This document shows, one piece after another, positions 25,358-37,005 of a DNA stretch of 44,733 bases (the stretch's first letter is position 1; every line of letters starts with the position of its first letter). The notes under the pieces were generated by a model. That model saw nothing but the letters and a program-made list of their open reading frames with translations. It was not told the DNA's origin and made no database searches. The translations under genes were made by a program, and so were the position numbers. The stretch is from the NCBI RefSeq assembly GCF_000743755.1, contig NW_014569492.1, forward strand, positions 1 to 44,733, written 5' to 3'. Source of the stretch: Blastocystis sp. subtype 4 (Eukaryota).

Positions 25358-26607
25358 ATGGGTGACCCGGAATCAGGAGGTGCAAATAATAGCGACGATA
25401 TAGATGTCAATGTAAAGTACTCGATGGACCCATCGAAGCGTCGCAATCACTACATGTATCTCTGTAAAGTATGTTTCCCGATTTATGAAGATTATTTTAT
25501 TATAGATCACACTAGCAGTAGGAGTATGGTATTTATCGTCCATTATGGCTACTGTGGTGAACAAAACACTTGTTAGTGGCCAGGAACGGGTTCTACCATT
25601 GACCCTAACGTTTGCACATGTATTTATTAGTTCATGCTGTGATAGTAAGGGGTCTCTTGCACTTTTCAAGTATAGTTGTGAATATGACTGTTTTTCATCG
25701 TCACGAAATGCGATTCTGTTTGAAGAATCTAAATTTGTGGATAACTGTGAGATACATATTTCCTCTGGCAATTGCTATGGTAGCAACGAAGCTCCTCACA
25801 TATATTAGTTACGCTTATATTCCAGCATCTTTGACACATACAGTGAAAGCATTGCAACCGTTTTTCAATGTGTTAATTGTCTATCTTTGGACTGGTGAAG
25901 GTGTTGACAACAAGACGATATTAACACTATTTCCAATTGTATTTGGTGTTGTTTACGCTTCTGTCAATGAGTTGGAGTCTTGTTTCTGTTCTTTTGTTAT
26001 GAGTAGATTCAATATGATAGGTTTTATAAGTGCTTTAGTGTCGACGATTGTTGGTGTGTGGCAAAGTGTCTATCTTAAGATGTTAATGCGATTAGGTCTA
26101 GAGAAAAATTTCGTGAGTATCTTACTCTTTCATCATATATAGCTTCACTGGACAAATGGGACGCTAAGTTGGATACTCCTCTTTCCGGTTGTTTTAATTA
26201 CCGAATATTCTGAGGGTTCTTGGAGAAATCTTAGTATCTCTTATCTTCTCGTCAGTTCTATTATTCAATATATGAGTTCTATAGCCTCGTACTATGTTTA
26301 GCTTTTCGTTCTGTCTCAGTGGTAGACTATGTCTTTAGTAACTTCCTTGTCTTATTCAATTACAAGTACATTTAAGCGAGTAGCGATTATTTTGGCTTCA
26401 GTCGTGTATTTTGGTAAGACACTTACATGGTCGAACTTGTTAGGTATAACAATTGCGTCCATTGGTATGTGGATATTAGTGAGCTGAAGTGTAGGAGCTA
26501 TTATGTATAATGTGAATACTAAAAAGAACTCGTATCGACGGAAGTCTCCTGAATTGAAGGCGAATAGAGAATTGTCTTATATGGATTTGAAAACAATTAC
26601 CATATAA
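25358..26607 (+). CDS. Triose-phosphate/nucleotide-sugar transporter family (SLC35E-like)
   Basis: TVVNKTLV, PLTLTFAH, SLTHTVKALQPFFNVL, TLFPIVFGVVYASVNELE|FNMIGF, SLSYSITSTFKRVAII and NLLGITIASIG. TAA is at 26605-26607. Confidence 0.88.
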
Positions 26608-26749
26608 TGGACTTGTTTCTTTATAACACATTACTCTCTCCTTTTTATCATATGTAACGTTATAGATCATTGGATTCTTCTTTGGGATGACAGAACAACA
26701 GGACTTTCAGTGTTAGTCTCATAATTACCTTCACTCTTCCTAATTACTG

Positions 26750-27161
26750 ATGGTTGTCTCTTCTAGATATGATAATTTTGTAGTCTCAATCTGGAAAGCA
26801 TACTATCTTGTTCATCCAAAGGGGTAATGTGTCTACTCGTACTTACTACGATTTCCCGACTGTATCTCAGTGTATGGCTTGTACGATGATTGCTGGGTCT
26901 TTTCATTACTAGTTATTATTGATTTGTTCGAGAAAGAACTAATTCGTATTAATCCGGGTATCCAGAAGCTTTCTTACCAGGTTAGCGATATCTACAATTA
27001 CATTGATAGTTTGAACGAGTTTAACATGCTTATGTCACTTCTTTTGTAATTGGTTTATTTGTAGCCTCGATCAGACAGCGGGCGTCTATGTTCCTTATGG
27101 AAGGGCTATGATTAAGGAGAAGCTCCTTCAACATTTGAATCATGTGAGTCGAAACATGTAG
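26750..27161 (+). CDS. ERH: Enhancer of rudimentary homolog
   Basis: Not in the ORF track. ATG then intron 26753-26783, then SQSGKHTILFIQRGNVSTRTYYDFPTVSQCMAF, intron 26881-26912, IIDLFEKELIRINPGIQKLSYQVSDIYNYIDSLNEFNMLI, intron 27034-27064, LDQTAGVYVPYGRAMIKEKLLQHLNHVSRNM*. This matches ERH HTILL...RTY.D...NP...Y.PY...IKEK. Confidence 0.92.
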
Positions 27162-27247
27162 GACAGTCGGCTGTAAGCAAAACGAACTTGTTATCTGTTT
27201 GTGAAGCAATCGAACTAACACCTCATTTATTGGAAAACAAAGCGAAC

Positions 27248-28498
27248 AGTGTACACTCTTGATTGCTGTGAATTCTTCCTTATACCCTGCAGCCATGTGC
27301 GACTGAGTCCGTCGTTCCATATTCACTGATTCTTCTGTTCGCTTTGGTGCATTCACATACTCCAATTGTCTTCGATCCTGCTTAACAGTAGGTTCCCAAG
27401 TCATCGCGAACAGCTTTCCAAATCGGAGATGCTGCATCACAGGAAACTTTCCCAGTACTTCACGAGCCCAATAACGTTGGAGATGAATGTTGATCTTTCT
27501 CCATGAAGGCATTCGACTTAGATTATATAAGATTGGACTGTGACCCTCAAAGGGTCCCGTTTTTGTCTATATGTGATTGAAAGAAGGAACATAGACAATG
27601 TTGATGAATTTGATGGCTTCAAAATACATATAGTCAGATGAATACTGGTCAATTAGACTGTTTTCAGTCACACAAGTTGGCTTGAAGGTTTCATTACCTA
27701 CAATTCATGAGCAGAACTAAATCCTACCAATCAGCTGAGCAGAACCAAACAGGAATGGGAGAAGTTGATAATCATCCAAACACCACACTCCATGGGAACC
27801 AGCAGGTTCAAGCCAGTAGATCGTCTGGAGGTGTCTACAGACTTTCAAATATGCAGGAAACACAAGAAGAATCACAGCAGGAAGTTCCTCCCGCTTGATC
27901 ACAAGTGCTTTGTAGAGACAAACTAGAATAGCGTCCAATCAACGGAACCTACATAGAAAAACGAAGAATGTTGTTTCATGGCCAGTTCCATAATCAACAC
28001 GCTGAGAATTGCCGAACGAATCCTCAAGGTATCCACTTGTTTCTCTACACATATCCATATTTTCAGGCCCCACAATCCGTTCTACAATGGATATGGAGTT
28101 CTAAGAAATGAGTCCACATAATAATCTATACAGCGCATAAACGATCAAACCAAATACGGAAAGCTTTATTCCCAAATCGAGATGGCTGAACAAGAGGGGG
28201 AATCTCATCAATCCACGAGTTGAGTTCTACCATAACATCTACCATCACTCGAACTCTCTAGAAAAGCAAATTTCCCTCACGAAATACTTCTGGGACTTCG
28301 GTGATATCGGATATCTTCATTCCAGTTACAGCTTCATTACAAATCATCATGAATTGTTTCAGATGCTTTACATCCTATCTATAATCATCCTTCGTATCAA
28401 TGTACATCGCCCTTCTGAAAGGCTTCAAAATCACTCGTTGAGAAGATTCCACGCTGGAGAAGCCCATTCTCTTTGTGTGTGCCCTTTTCATTATTCAT
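27248..28498 (-). CDS. PTPA: Phosphotyrosyl phosphatase activator (PTPA/Rrd); 3' end uncertain
   Basis: PSRFGNKAFRIWFD, SFGNSQRVDYGTGHETTF, YWLEPAGSHGVWCLDDYQLLPFLFGSAQL, GPFEGHSPILYN and EVLGKFPVMQH. The first genomic stop is at 27030, but a likely poly(A)-made stop lies at 27248. Confidence 0.93.
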
Positions 28499-28531
28499 TT
28501 CACAAACAATGTGATGCACAAAAACACTGGT

Positions 28532-30092
28532 TTAACACCTTGGAAACGAATGTACACCCGAGTACTTTTTCCTAATATCACGTAAAAAGGTCTTCCAAAC
28601 ATTCTGCACACTTCTCATTCTTGCTCCAAATCTCTGTTGTGATTCCGAACTACTCTTACAACATATCAACACAGGTACATTGGGTGAGGACAGTGAATAA
28701 TAAAACCATGTTCAAATACATAGAAGTTATATCCAGCCATTCGCAAGTTCTCAATCCACTGTACTTTGTTCCAGCCATATCCCACAAACCGTTCATCGTA
28801 TAGAGGTAAGGTTGGTGTCTTCTTTATAAGGAGGTAACTAGGAATCACTATCATCTCCAATAATGACGGTTCTTGTCTATCTCCGTTAAGACATGGAATA
28901 GAATACAGCAGACTTGGTGGTGTAGAGAACCATTCCTGAATCAAATAATCCTAACTATCAGGAAGAGGGCCAAAACAGACATGGAGATGAGCCTTATCTC
29001 GGAAGATGGTACAGTCTTTGGAATTCAGATTCATGCAGGTTGCTAGCGCTGATTTGTTCTTAGGAACATTGGGCATGTACTTCTTCATCACAGTAGCGAA
29101 TTCACGCTGTGAGACATGCATCTTGGGAAGATATTCAAATGCAGGAATAATAATGGTTTGATCTTCTCGATTTAGGAAGGATTCAGGAATCATCATCAAC
29201 CTCTCATACAGCTGATCTATCGATCATCCAACAATACTAGAGTCACCTGAAACCACGAAATCAATATCATTATAGAAGAAGTGACTGGTTTCAATGTTGT
29301 TAATAGCAATATTGCGTAGACGGTTTACAGGGAAGGGCTTAGAAGGATCCAATTGAAATAGAGTGATCTTTACACGCTTAGGAATCGGAAACGAAAAGAA
29401 ATCTTTCGAATACCGAACGTATTCCTTTGGAGTCAACGCTAATGCTGCAGAAATGTGTCCAGACCACTGCTGAATGAGATAATAGAAAAAGGGAATTCTG
29501 TTGGATCTAGATGAGAGAGAGGATAGACCAATACGTGAGTTGAGTAACTAAAGTGATATCTGGACACGATGAATTGCTCGATGGAATGCAGCGGTTCCGG
29601 ATTTGTTCATCTGAAAACGAGATGTGTTTGATACCCAAGCGTCTTTTGGAATAGAAATCATGGATCATAGGAGGATTTGAAATATACTCTGCAGCTAGAC
29701 TGCTCACACCTAAAGAAGTAAAGATAGGCTCAGCTAGCGAAGAAGAGGGTCTCACAGTCGCCATTTGTATACTTTTCTTCCCAGATATAGAGGGTTCTGG
29801 TGTATAACTGGCTGAAACCTTCCTGGATTCGGAAAACACAATTGACGTATTCATCAGAGTTGGTACACATGTAGACTTCAAACCATCCATTGAAAAATCG
29901 ATTTCATGGGATATAACCACGTTATCATATGATGATGTCTAATTGTCATGAAAATACGAAATGTTCCATACAGTGAGGTCTCTTCTCCATCTGATACCAA
30001 ATAGAAGGAACTAGGTAAAAACAATGAAAGACACGTACTGTTAAGACAGACACATAAATGGCCAGTAAAAGGAGAAGTAGACAATGCTTCAT
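28532..30092 (-). CDS. LARGE/B4GAT1-like glycosyltransferase (GT49)
   Basis: N-terminal hydrophobic anchor, then DITLVTQLT, FPVNRLRNIAINNIETSHFFYNDIDF, IIIPAFE, PLYDERFVGYGWNKVQWIENL and FIIHCPH. TAA is at 28534-28532. Confidence 0.85.
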
Positions 30093-30539
30093 AAGCAATA
30101 CTGAACCCGACTTATATGCTAATGAACTGGAAAGTATCAAATTATGATATTCGATTTGCATTAGGTATGTAGTACAGGGTCTATGGAATAACTGGAACTG
30201 TCTTCTCAAACAACATCCATTTCATTTATAAAAGCTGAATATCTTCAACAGTTCCTCACCCATATAATGCAAGGCAGATTATTAAGTGCTTTCATAATAT
30301 ATGTGTCTATCTTGGATATCTATATCTTCTACCAGATATAATGACGTTCCATCCTTTGGACTAGTATGAGTTGTCTATCAGTTCTAGAAATAGCAGATAA
30401 TAACATGAAATTACAGTACCAATCATTTTACAGAATCATATTCCGGGATGTGCTCATCCAATTATCTTGCAGTATCTATCAACCCTCAATTGAGGAAATG
30501 TTGCCGCATTTCATGTATTATAAACTCATAGTTTATATT

Positions 30540-33500
30540 ATGAATTCGTTGTTCATAGTGAGCTTGCTGTTTTTTGGTTGTATACTGGTTTATTTACGTT
30601 GTAATGACTAGCTTTTGCCCAAACCATCTATCCATGGTCATGTAGTAGTAACGCTATTTCCCTTACTGTGGGAACAAAGATGACCGATGTGACTTGCACA
30701 TGTACAACTACGGTGAATGGCCGTATCGCACCATCGCTGCCTGCTGGACTTACCTACACAGTTACTAGTGGATCGAACAATCTTAAGACTATTACGATCT
30801 CAGGAACACCTCTTGCTGGACTCCAAAAGACCGTCTTTTCCGTTGGATACAACTCCTATGTGTCAACCTTTACTCTTGAGGGTATATCTTTCTAGTTATT
30901 TTAAGTATAGTGTTCGGTACACCCACGAAGATGTCCTATGGTTTCAAAACAATGGTTATTTTTGTAGGAGCACCTCTTGAACCTATTCCCGTTTCGCTGG
31001 ATGCTGCTGTTACTTCTTTCAGTATCAGTCCTCTTCTTCCTGAGGGAATGTCTATTGATGCTACTACTGGTACAATTACAGGAACAGTATCTTCTGTTTC
31101 TACAAGTGGTCAGGAGTATACTGTAACTGCTACCTATCCTGGAGGTTCTATTACCACTCAGTTTTCTTTCACAATTCGTGAGTCAACTGAAATGTCTACT
31201 GGAGGTTTTGTGGCTTGCTATTGGGCAGGTATCACAGAATGTCTGGTTCCTTCCTTCAACTATTTCTACAAGAACAGTGCTCAATACTGCAAGATGGAAT
31301 CAAAGGTCGATTTCTCGGATACCTGGGAGTCAGAGACCGGATCTGTGTGGCCTGGTTTGGATTATCGTTTCCTTGATTACTTCTCTGCCTACATGTATGG
31401 TTATTTTAACGTGGTTGCAGAAGGTACATACTCAATGCGTCTGACTTCGGATGATGGTTCTCTCATGTATTTGGATGATCTGACGAATGTGTTTATTAAT
31501 CTCGATGGTTGTCGTCCTAGATCTTCTTCCGAGAATAGCAGAGTGTTATCACCTGGTCGTCATCTCTTTGTTATTTCGTATATGGAGTTCAATGAGGCTG
31601 CTGTACTGAAGCTTGAATATAAGATTGATGGTGTTATTGATACCTATACCGTAGCCGATGTTAATATTCTGAAGGTGGGAGGACGTGGACCTACGTTCAT
31701 TACTTATCCTTTTGTGTCTGGTTTTGTGAATTCGGATCTTGTCACATATCAACCTACAATGAGTTCTGGAGGAGCCACTTCCTGGACCATTTCTCCTTCA
31801 CTGCCTTCTGGAATAACTATTGATTCCACTAATGGATTTATCTCAGGCCGTCCTGTAAGTCCCGTCAATCAAGTGTATACAGTTACGGCTTCTGGCTACA
31901 GTGGAAGTGCAGAGACAGAAGTAACGATTGTTATTACAAATGCTCCAGTTTCTGGTCTGTATACCAAGTACTATAAGATCACCGATGCTTCGTTCTGTTC
32001 GTACAAGGCTCTTTCTGGAAACCAGATCGATATTAAGGTGATCAAGGTGGATGAAGCTATTAACCATCCTGCTCAGAACCCCGTTATTCCATGGACAGGT
32101 CTGACTAATGATTTCAGTACAAATTACTACGTCGTTTGGGAAGGATATTTATATCATGATAGTATTGGTGACTGGGGTCTTCGTATTACTTGTGATGATG
32201 GCTGCAAACTGATCTCTCTCAACAATAATGAACTCATCAATCATTGGGGTTGTCATGGAATGACATCCAAGGATATCACTCGTGCTATTAGTTCAGTTGG
32301 ATACTACTACTACAAGATTGAGTACCAACAGTCTACTACTCAGGGAGGTATGATCTTTGAATGGAGACAACCTGGTGTTGGATGGACTGTGGTGCCTTCG
32401 GATAAGATGTACCATTCTCCTCCTCAGTACGTCTCTTACAATTATGAGATGGCTCACTACTTCGTCAATGTTGCTATTGAAGAAAACAGGCCTGTATTCT
32501 ATGCTATTTCAACTTGCTCTGGATTTAATGTATCTCCGACACTTCCTGCAGGTCTCAGTATCAATAGTGCTTCTGGAGTGATCACTGGAACACCTTCTAC
32601 TGAGATTAATCTTGGTTACTATACAGTTACTTGTAACAGTGGCTCAGTTCAGTACAAGACCACGATTGCTATGGATGTTTTCTATGTTCTTCCTCCATCT
32701 GGTTTGACACTGAAGCAGAATGGTATTACAGTGACCTCCGTTACTGTTATTGCTTTCCAGGCGATGGCTGATATTACTGTCGATACTACTGGTAGTACAG
32801 GAACTGTCACTTCCTACACGATCACTCCTTCGTTACCTAGTGGTCTGTCTATCAATGCAGTGACTGGTACTATTAGCGGAACTCCTATGGTTTCTCTGAA
32901 TACGACTGTATTTGCTGTAAGTGCCATCAACAGTGGAGGTTCATTCTTCATGTCGTTCTCTCTCACGATTACTGGTTGTCAGGGTACAACGAATGGTGAG
33001 CAATGGACTGGCAAGTATTACACAGTAACCCTTCTTAAGGGAACTGCTACCATGACTGTCCAGAGTGAAGCAGGAGCGACTCTCCAGTGTGGAACTGGTC
33101 AAGTGAATTCCGCCACAGGTGATGCAGTGATGGAAACATGTTCACGATCTCTCACAGCTGATTATACCAATTCTTTTGTTGTCTGTATGGATAGTCGAAT
33201 CACGCGTAACATGTACATTTCTTGTACAGATAATACTGGTTGCAAATATCAGATTTCTCGTGAAGATGGTTATTACTATCCTGTTATTACTGTCTATGAG
33301 ATGGAGCATCCTCAGCCATATGTCCATACAGATCCTTTCGCTCAGATTGTCACTCCTGTCACTGAAATCACATTGACTCCTCCAGAGATGATTGTGTACA
33401 GTGGTTATCCTATGGATGATTGTTTCGTATATCCAAACGGTGCTTACAAATCTATTACTGTCTCTCCTGCCATTATATCAGGAGGTCTTGATCCTACCAA

Positions 33501-35535
33501 CCCTGTTATCAATGGTGCTGTCTATGGAACAGGAGTGAAAGTCTACACTATTACTGTGGAGAGTGAAGCTGGATCCCAAACTGCTCTTCTTACACTGACG
33601 TTTGAGGAATGTCTTGAAGAGAATGGTCGTGCTGTATACACCTTTGAGAAGAAGACATATTCGTATAGTAACGAAGAGTCTTATGCAGTTTATGATAGTG
33701 ATGGCAATGAAGAGTATTATCTTTCTGCTTCTCTTGCTAATACAATCTATACAGCTGCTCTCTGTTTGAAAACGGATACGTATACAGTGAAAATGATGGA
33801 TTCTTATGGTGATGGTTGGTCTTATTCTGAATCTGGTGCTTATCTGCGAGTGAAGGATCCCAATGGTGTTCTCATCAAAGAGTTCACATTCCTTTCTACT
33901 GAAACTGATGGTAAGGTGAAGACCGATACCTTCTCTGTGACTGTGGTTGAGGTTTCTAAGGTTACCTGGAAGTGTGTGTTGGATTCAAATCCTGGTAAGA
34001 ACTGGTACGATGTTACCTATGATGATTCGAAATGGACGGAGAAGGTCAATGGAGTGGTGGGTACTTGGTCTCAGGAAACTATTTATTTCCGTTACACCTT
34101 TGATCTACCTAATAGTGATCAGTATCCTCTTCTTCAGTTCTCTGTGTACTATCGTGATGGTCTTGAAGTGTATCTTAATGGTATTCGTGTGTATTTGAGA
34201 AATCTTCCTTCGAATCCTAGTCATAAGACATTGGCAAGTAGTCAGTTCGATGATTACTATCAGCGAATGGGAACAGCTCCAGGTTATCGATTGAGGGATA
34301 ATAAGAATGTTATTGCTATTGCTTCGCATCGTCACTCTACGACTTCGGGAGAAATCCTATGGAAGGCATATGTGGTTCCTCTCTCTGGAACGTGTATTAC
34401 TCGTGTGGATGGTGGAACGATCGCTAAGTCAAGTTTCTTTGCTCAGGCTACAGAGTCAGCCGAACAGGCCTGGGATGGTTTGACTACAACCAGCTGGATT
34501 GAGCATGGATTACCTGCTTGGACCACCTATTCTTATAACTATGATCGTGTGGAATGGATCAACAAGATTATTCTTGGTTCAGCTATTCGTAATCCTAATA
34601 ATGATCCTACTCTGATTCACATTTATGGAAGTAATGATGGTGCTACTTTTGAACTTCTGTACACTATCAACAAGAAGGGTATTTGGTCGGATCGTTCTCA
34701 GCTGAAGGAGTGGATGATGATGGATCACTTGACCTCCTACGGAACCTATAAGGTGGAGATTAGCGATACATTGAACAACGAGTTCCTTACCGGTCTCTCT
34801 GTAATAGATCTCCAGTCATGTAAGTTGGTTTATTGCACAAAGGATGGAGACTGGCCTGGTACATATGCAGGTGAAACTGTTGTTATTGATTGTGCTGATG
34901 GTTATATTGGTGAACGTAATCGTAAGTGTGGTGATGAGCAACTTCAGCCTTCATGGGGTGAGGCTGATGAGACAGAATGCCGATCACTGAATCCTCCTAA
35001 GAACTATGCCTACATTGATTTCGCTATTGCTGTTAATGTCACTCAGGAGACTCTGACAACAGAAGGAGGTGCAGAAGAGATGCGTACTGTGATTGCAACT
35101 CTGTTTGATATCCTTCCTCGACTCATAGAAGCATGGAAGATCAAGGATGTTGGAACCGATTCTGAAATGATGAATGCTGTTTATTTCCGTGTGACAGCTG
35201 AGTCTGATGATGCTGGTCGTATTCTGCGTGCTGTCTCGAATGGTCTGACGTCGATTGGAGAGACGTTGACTGAGAATATGGTTAAGCATTTCCCCAAGAA
35301 TACCAAATTCGAGTTCTATCTAAAACCTATGCTTTCTGAACGTAAGAATCTGAATGCCGTATCTGTCACATTGATTGTTATTCTGGTCCTTATTATTATT
35401 GTTGTTGTTGGAATTGCCGGATTCTACATCTGGGTACGTACTAAATCCAGAAAGACAAAGAATGGTGCTAAGCAACTGCGTTCAGGAAAGGTGAAGGCAC
35501 AGCATCTTGAAGGATCTAAGGATGTACGTATTTAA
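30540..35535 (+). CDS. Large type I membrane surface protein: signal peptide, putative Ig (He_PIG/dystroglycan-type cadherin-like) repeats, two PA14 domains, jelly-roll/F5-8-like modules, HRM-like Cys domain, TM, basic tail
   Basis: Repeats of type SP.LP.G.SID..TG.ISG.P. PA14 motifs GTYSMRLTSDDGS and WGLRITCDDGC. CTKDGDWPGTYAGETVVIDC...RKC...W...EC, TM LIVILVLIIIVVVGIAGFYIWV. Two 5' introns only, and the motif at 35553-35560. Confidence 0.85.
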
Positions 35536-35606
35536 TATTGCTGCATGTAGTTTGTTTGTTATGAATCATCATTGATCATTTTTGTTTTTGTTGGGTGCTT
35601 CTCTTT

Positions 35607-36999
35607 ATGTCTATCTACTGTTATATAGTATTCTCGATTTGTTTGATTCTTTTTATGTTTTGTAATATCGATTACCTGACTTCGGTAAGTCGGTTACCAA
35701 AGGGATATTTTGCGGCAGAAAACAATATAACTCGGTTGCATAAGCAAGGAGAAGACATTTCAACAAGAAGTAATGACTTACTCCCGCCTTGGATTCACTT
35801 CTTCCAGGATATAGATGATATTCCTGATGAAGAGGTGGATACTACTATCTATGTTCACAATATAACGGAAATCGATCGTATTTCACAATTCCATGAAGGC
35901 ATTATTCTTTGGAATTATCATGGTGGCTTCGCGAATCAAATGTATTCGCTCATTTCCAGTCTCATTCTAGCGGAAGTGAAACAAGTACCTTTCTTTTGTA
36001 TTTTATTTTGATGAATCATTACGCAGATGTAGATAGTTCAATCGATCAGACCTTTATCATCAAGCGTCCTTCAGGACTACCTGTTATCTCTCTATCTGAG
36101 AAGGGTAGGGATTGGATCTAGTCTCAAATGTAGTGATGAAAGAATATACAAAAGGTGAGAGCGAAATATTCAGATGTTTTACTCAGGACATCGTGTACAA
36201 TTATCTAGAGTATCAAACGTTTCACAGACAAGTAGAATTCATCACAGAGCAGTCCATTATTGACACTGTTCCTGCGAGTCCTTTTGTGATTATGGATGGT
36301 AATTGTCCGTTGTTTTATTATTGGTCTCTCCGACTTAAAAATTGTATTGCGATGCGTAATTATAATTATCTTTCTTCAACTACTTCATGTAAACAAATCT
36401 CTAGTGCTCATGTTCCCTCTATTGTCCAGAACTTCTTCAAACAGCATATTGTATATCGGAAGCAAGTAACTGATAACATTGAACGTATTCTGAAGCCTTA
36501 CAAGCAGTCACTTATTCCAGTAAAGTCCAAATCACGGTATTTGTATCCATTCCGGAAGTACAAGAATCTAATAACGATTCATGCTCGATTCGGGGCAGGA
36601 GGAGCTGATTTCAAGGACTATAGAAAGTTCTTATCTTTGAATGACAGTATTGCTTTCCATAAGTGTTTGCAACTGGCTGACTCCAAGAATAAGTCATTTA
36701 TCTATCTAGCAACAGATTCGTCAAAGTTGAAGGAAGAGTTTGCTCGGATCTACGGAGATCGGTTGATTATGTCCACAGAACGAGCACAACATTCTGCTCA
36801 TGATCTCAATAAAGACTCAGCCGCTGCTGCTGTTTTGACGGTAACAGACTTTACAATTCTCACTATGGGGTCACTGTTCATTGGCACACCAATGAGTTCA
36901 TACTCGTCCCTAAGTGAATTGCAAGGAGGATTTGGTTCATTGCGTGTGGTACCGAATGAGAAGATGTGCTCGTTTGGAAGTTTGTATTTGCCTACATAA
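35607..36999 (+). CDS. Type II membrane fucosyltransferase-like protein (alpha-1,2/alpha-1,6/O-FucT superfamily, GT-B)
   Basis: N-terminal TM, GGFANQMYSL, motif I ITIHARFG, motif II IYLATDS, motif III DFTIL...FIGTPMSSYS. Confidence 0.8.
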
Positions 37000-37005
37000 T
37001 CTTTT

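Noticed and set aside
15826..28498. PP2A-B55 and PTPA about 10 kb apart as a PP2A cluster
   Set aside because: They are separated by six unrelated genes and lie on opposite strands. Chance proximity in a gene-dense genome is sufficient.
31178..35289. Multiple short alternative-frame and antisense ORFs inside the large surface-protein exon
   Set aside because: These are codon-bias shadows of the 1541-aa ORF, with no recognisable motifs.
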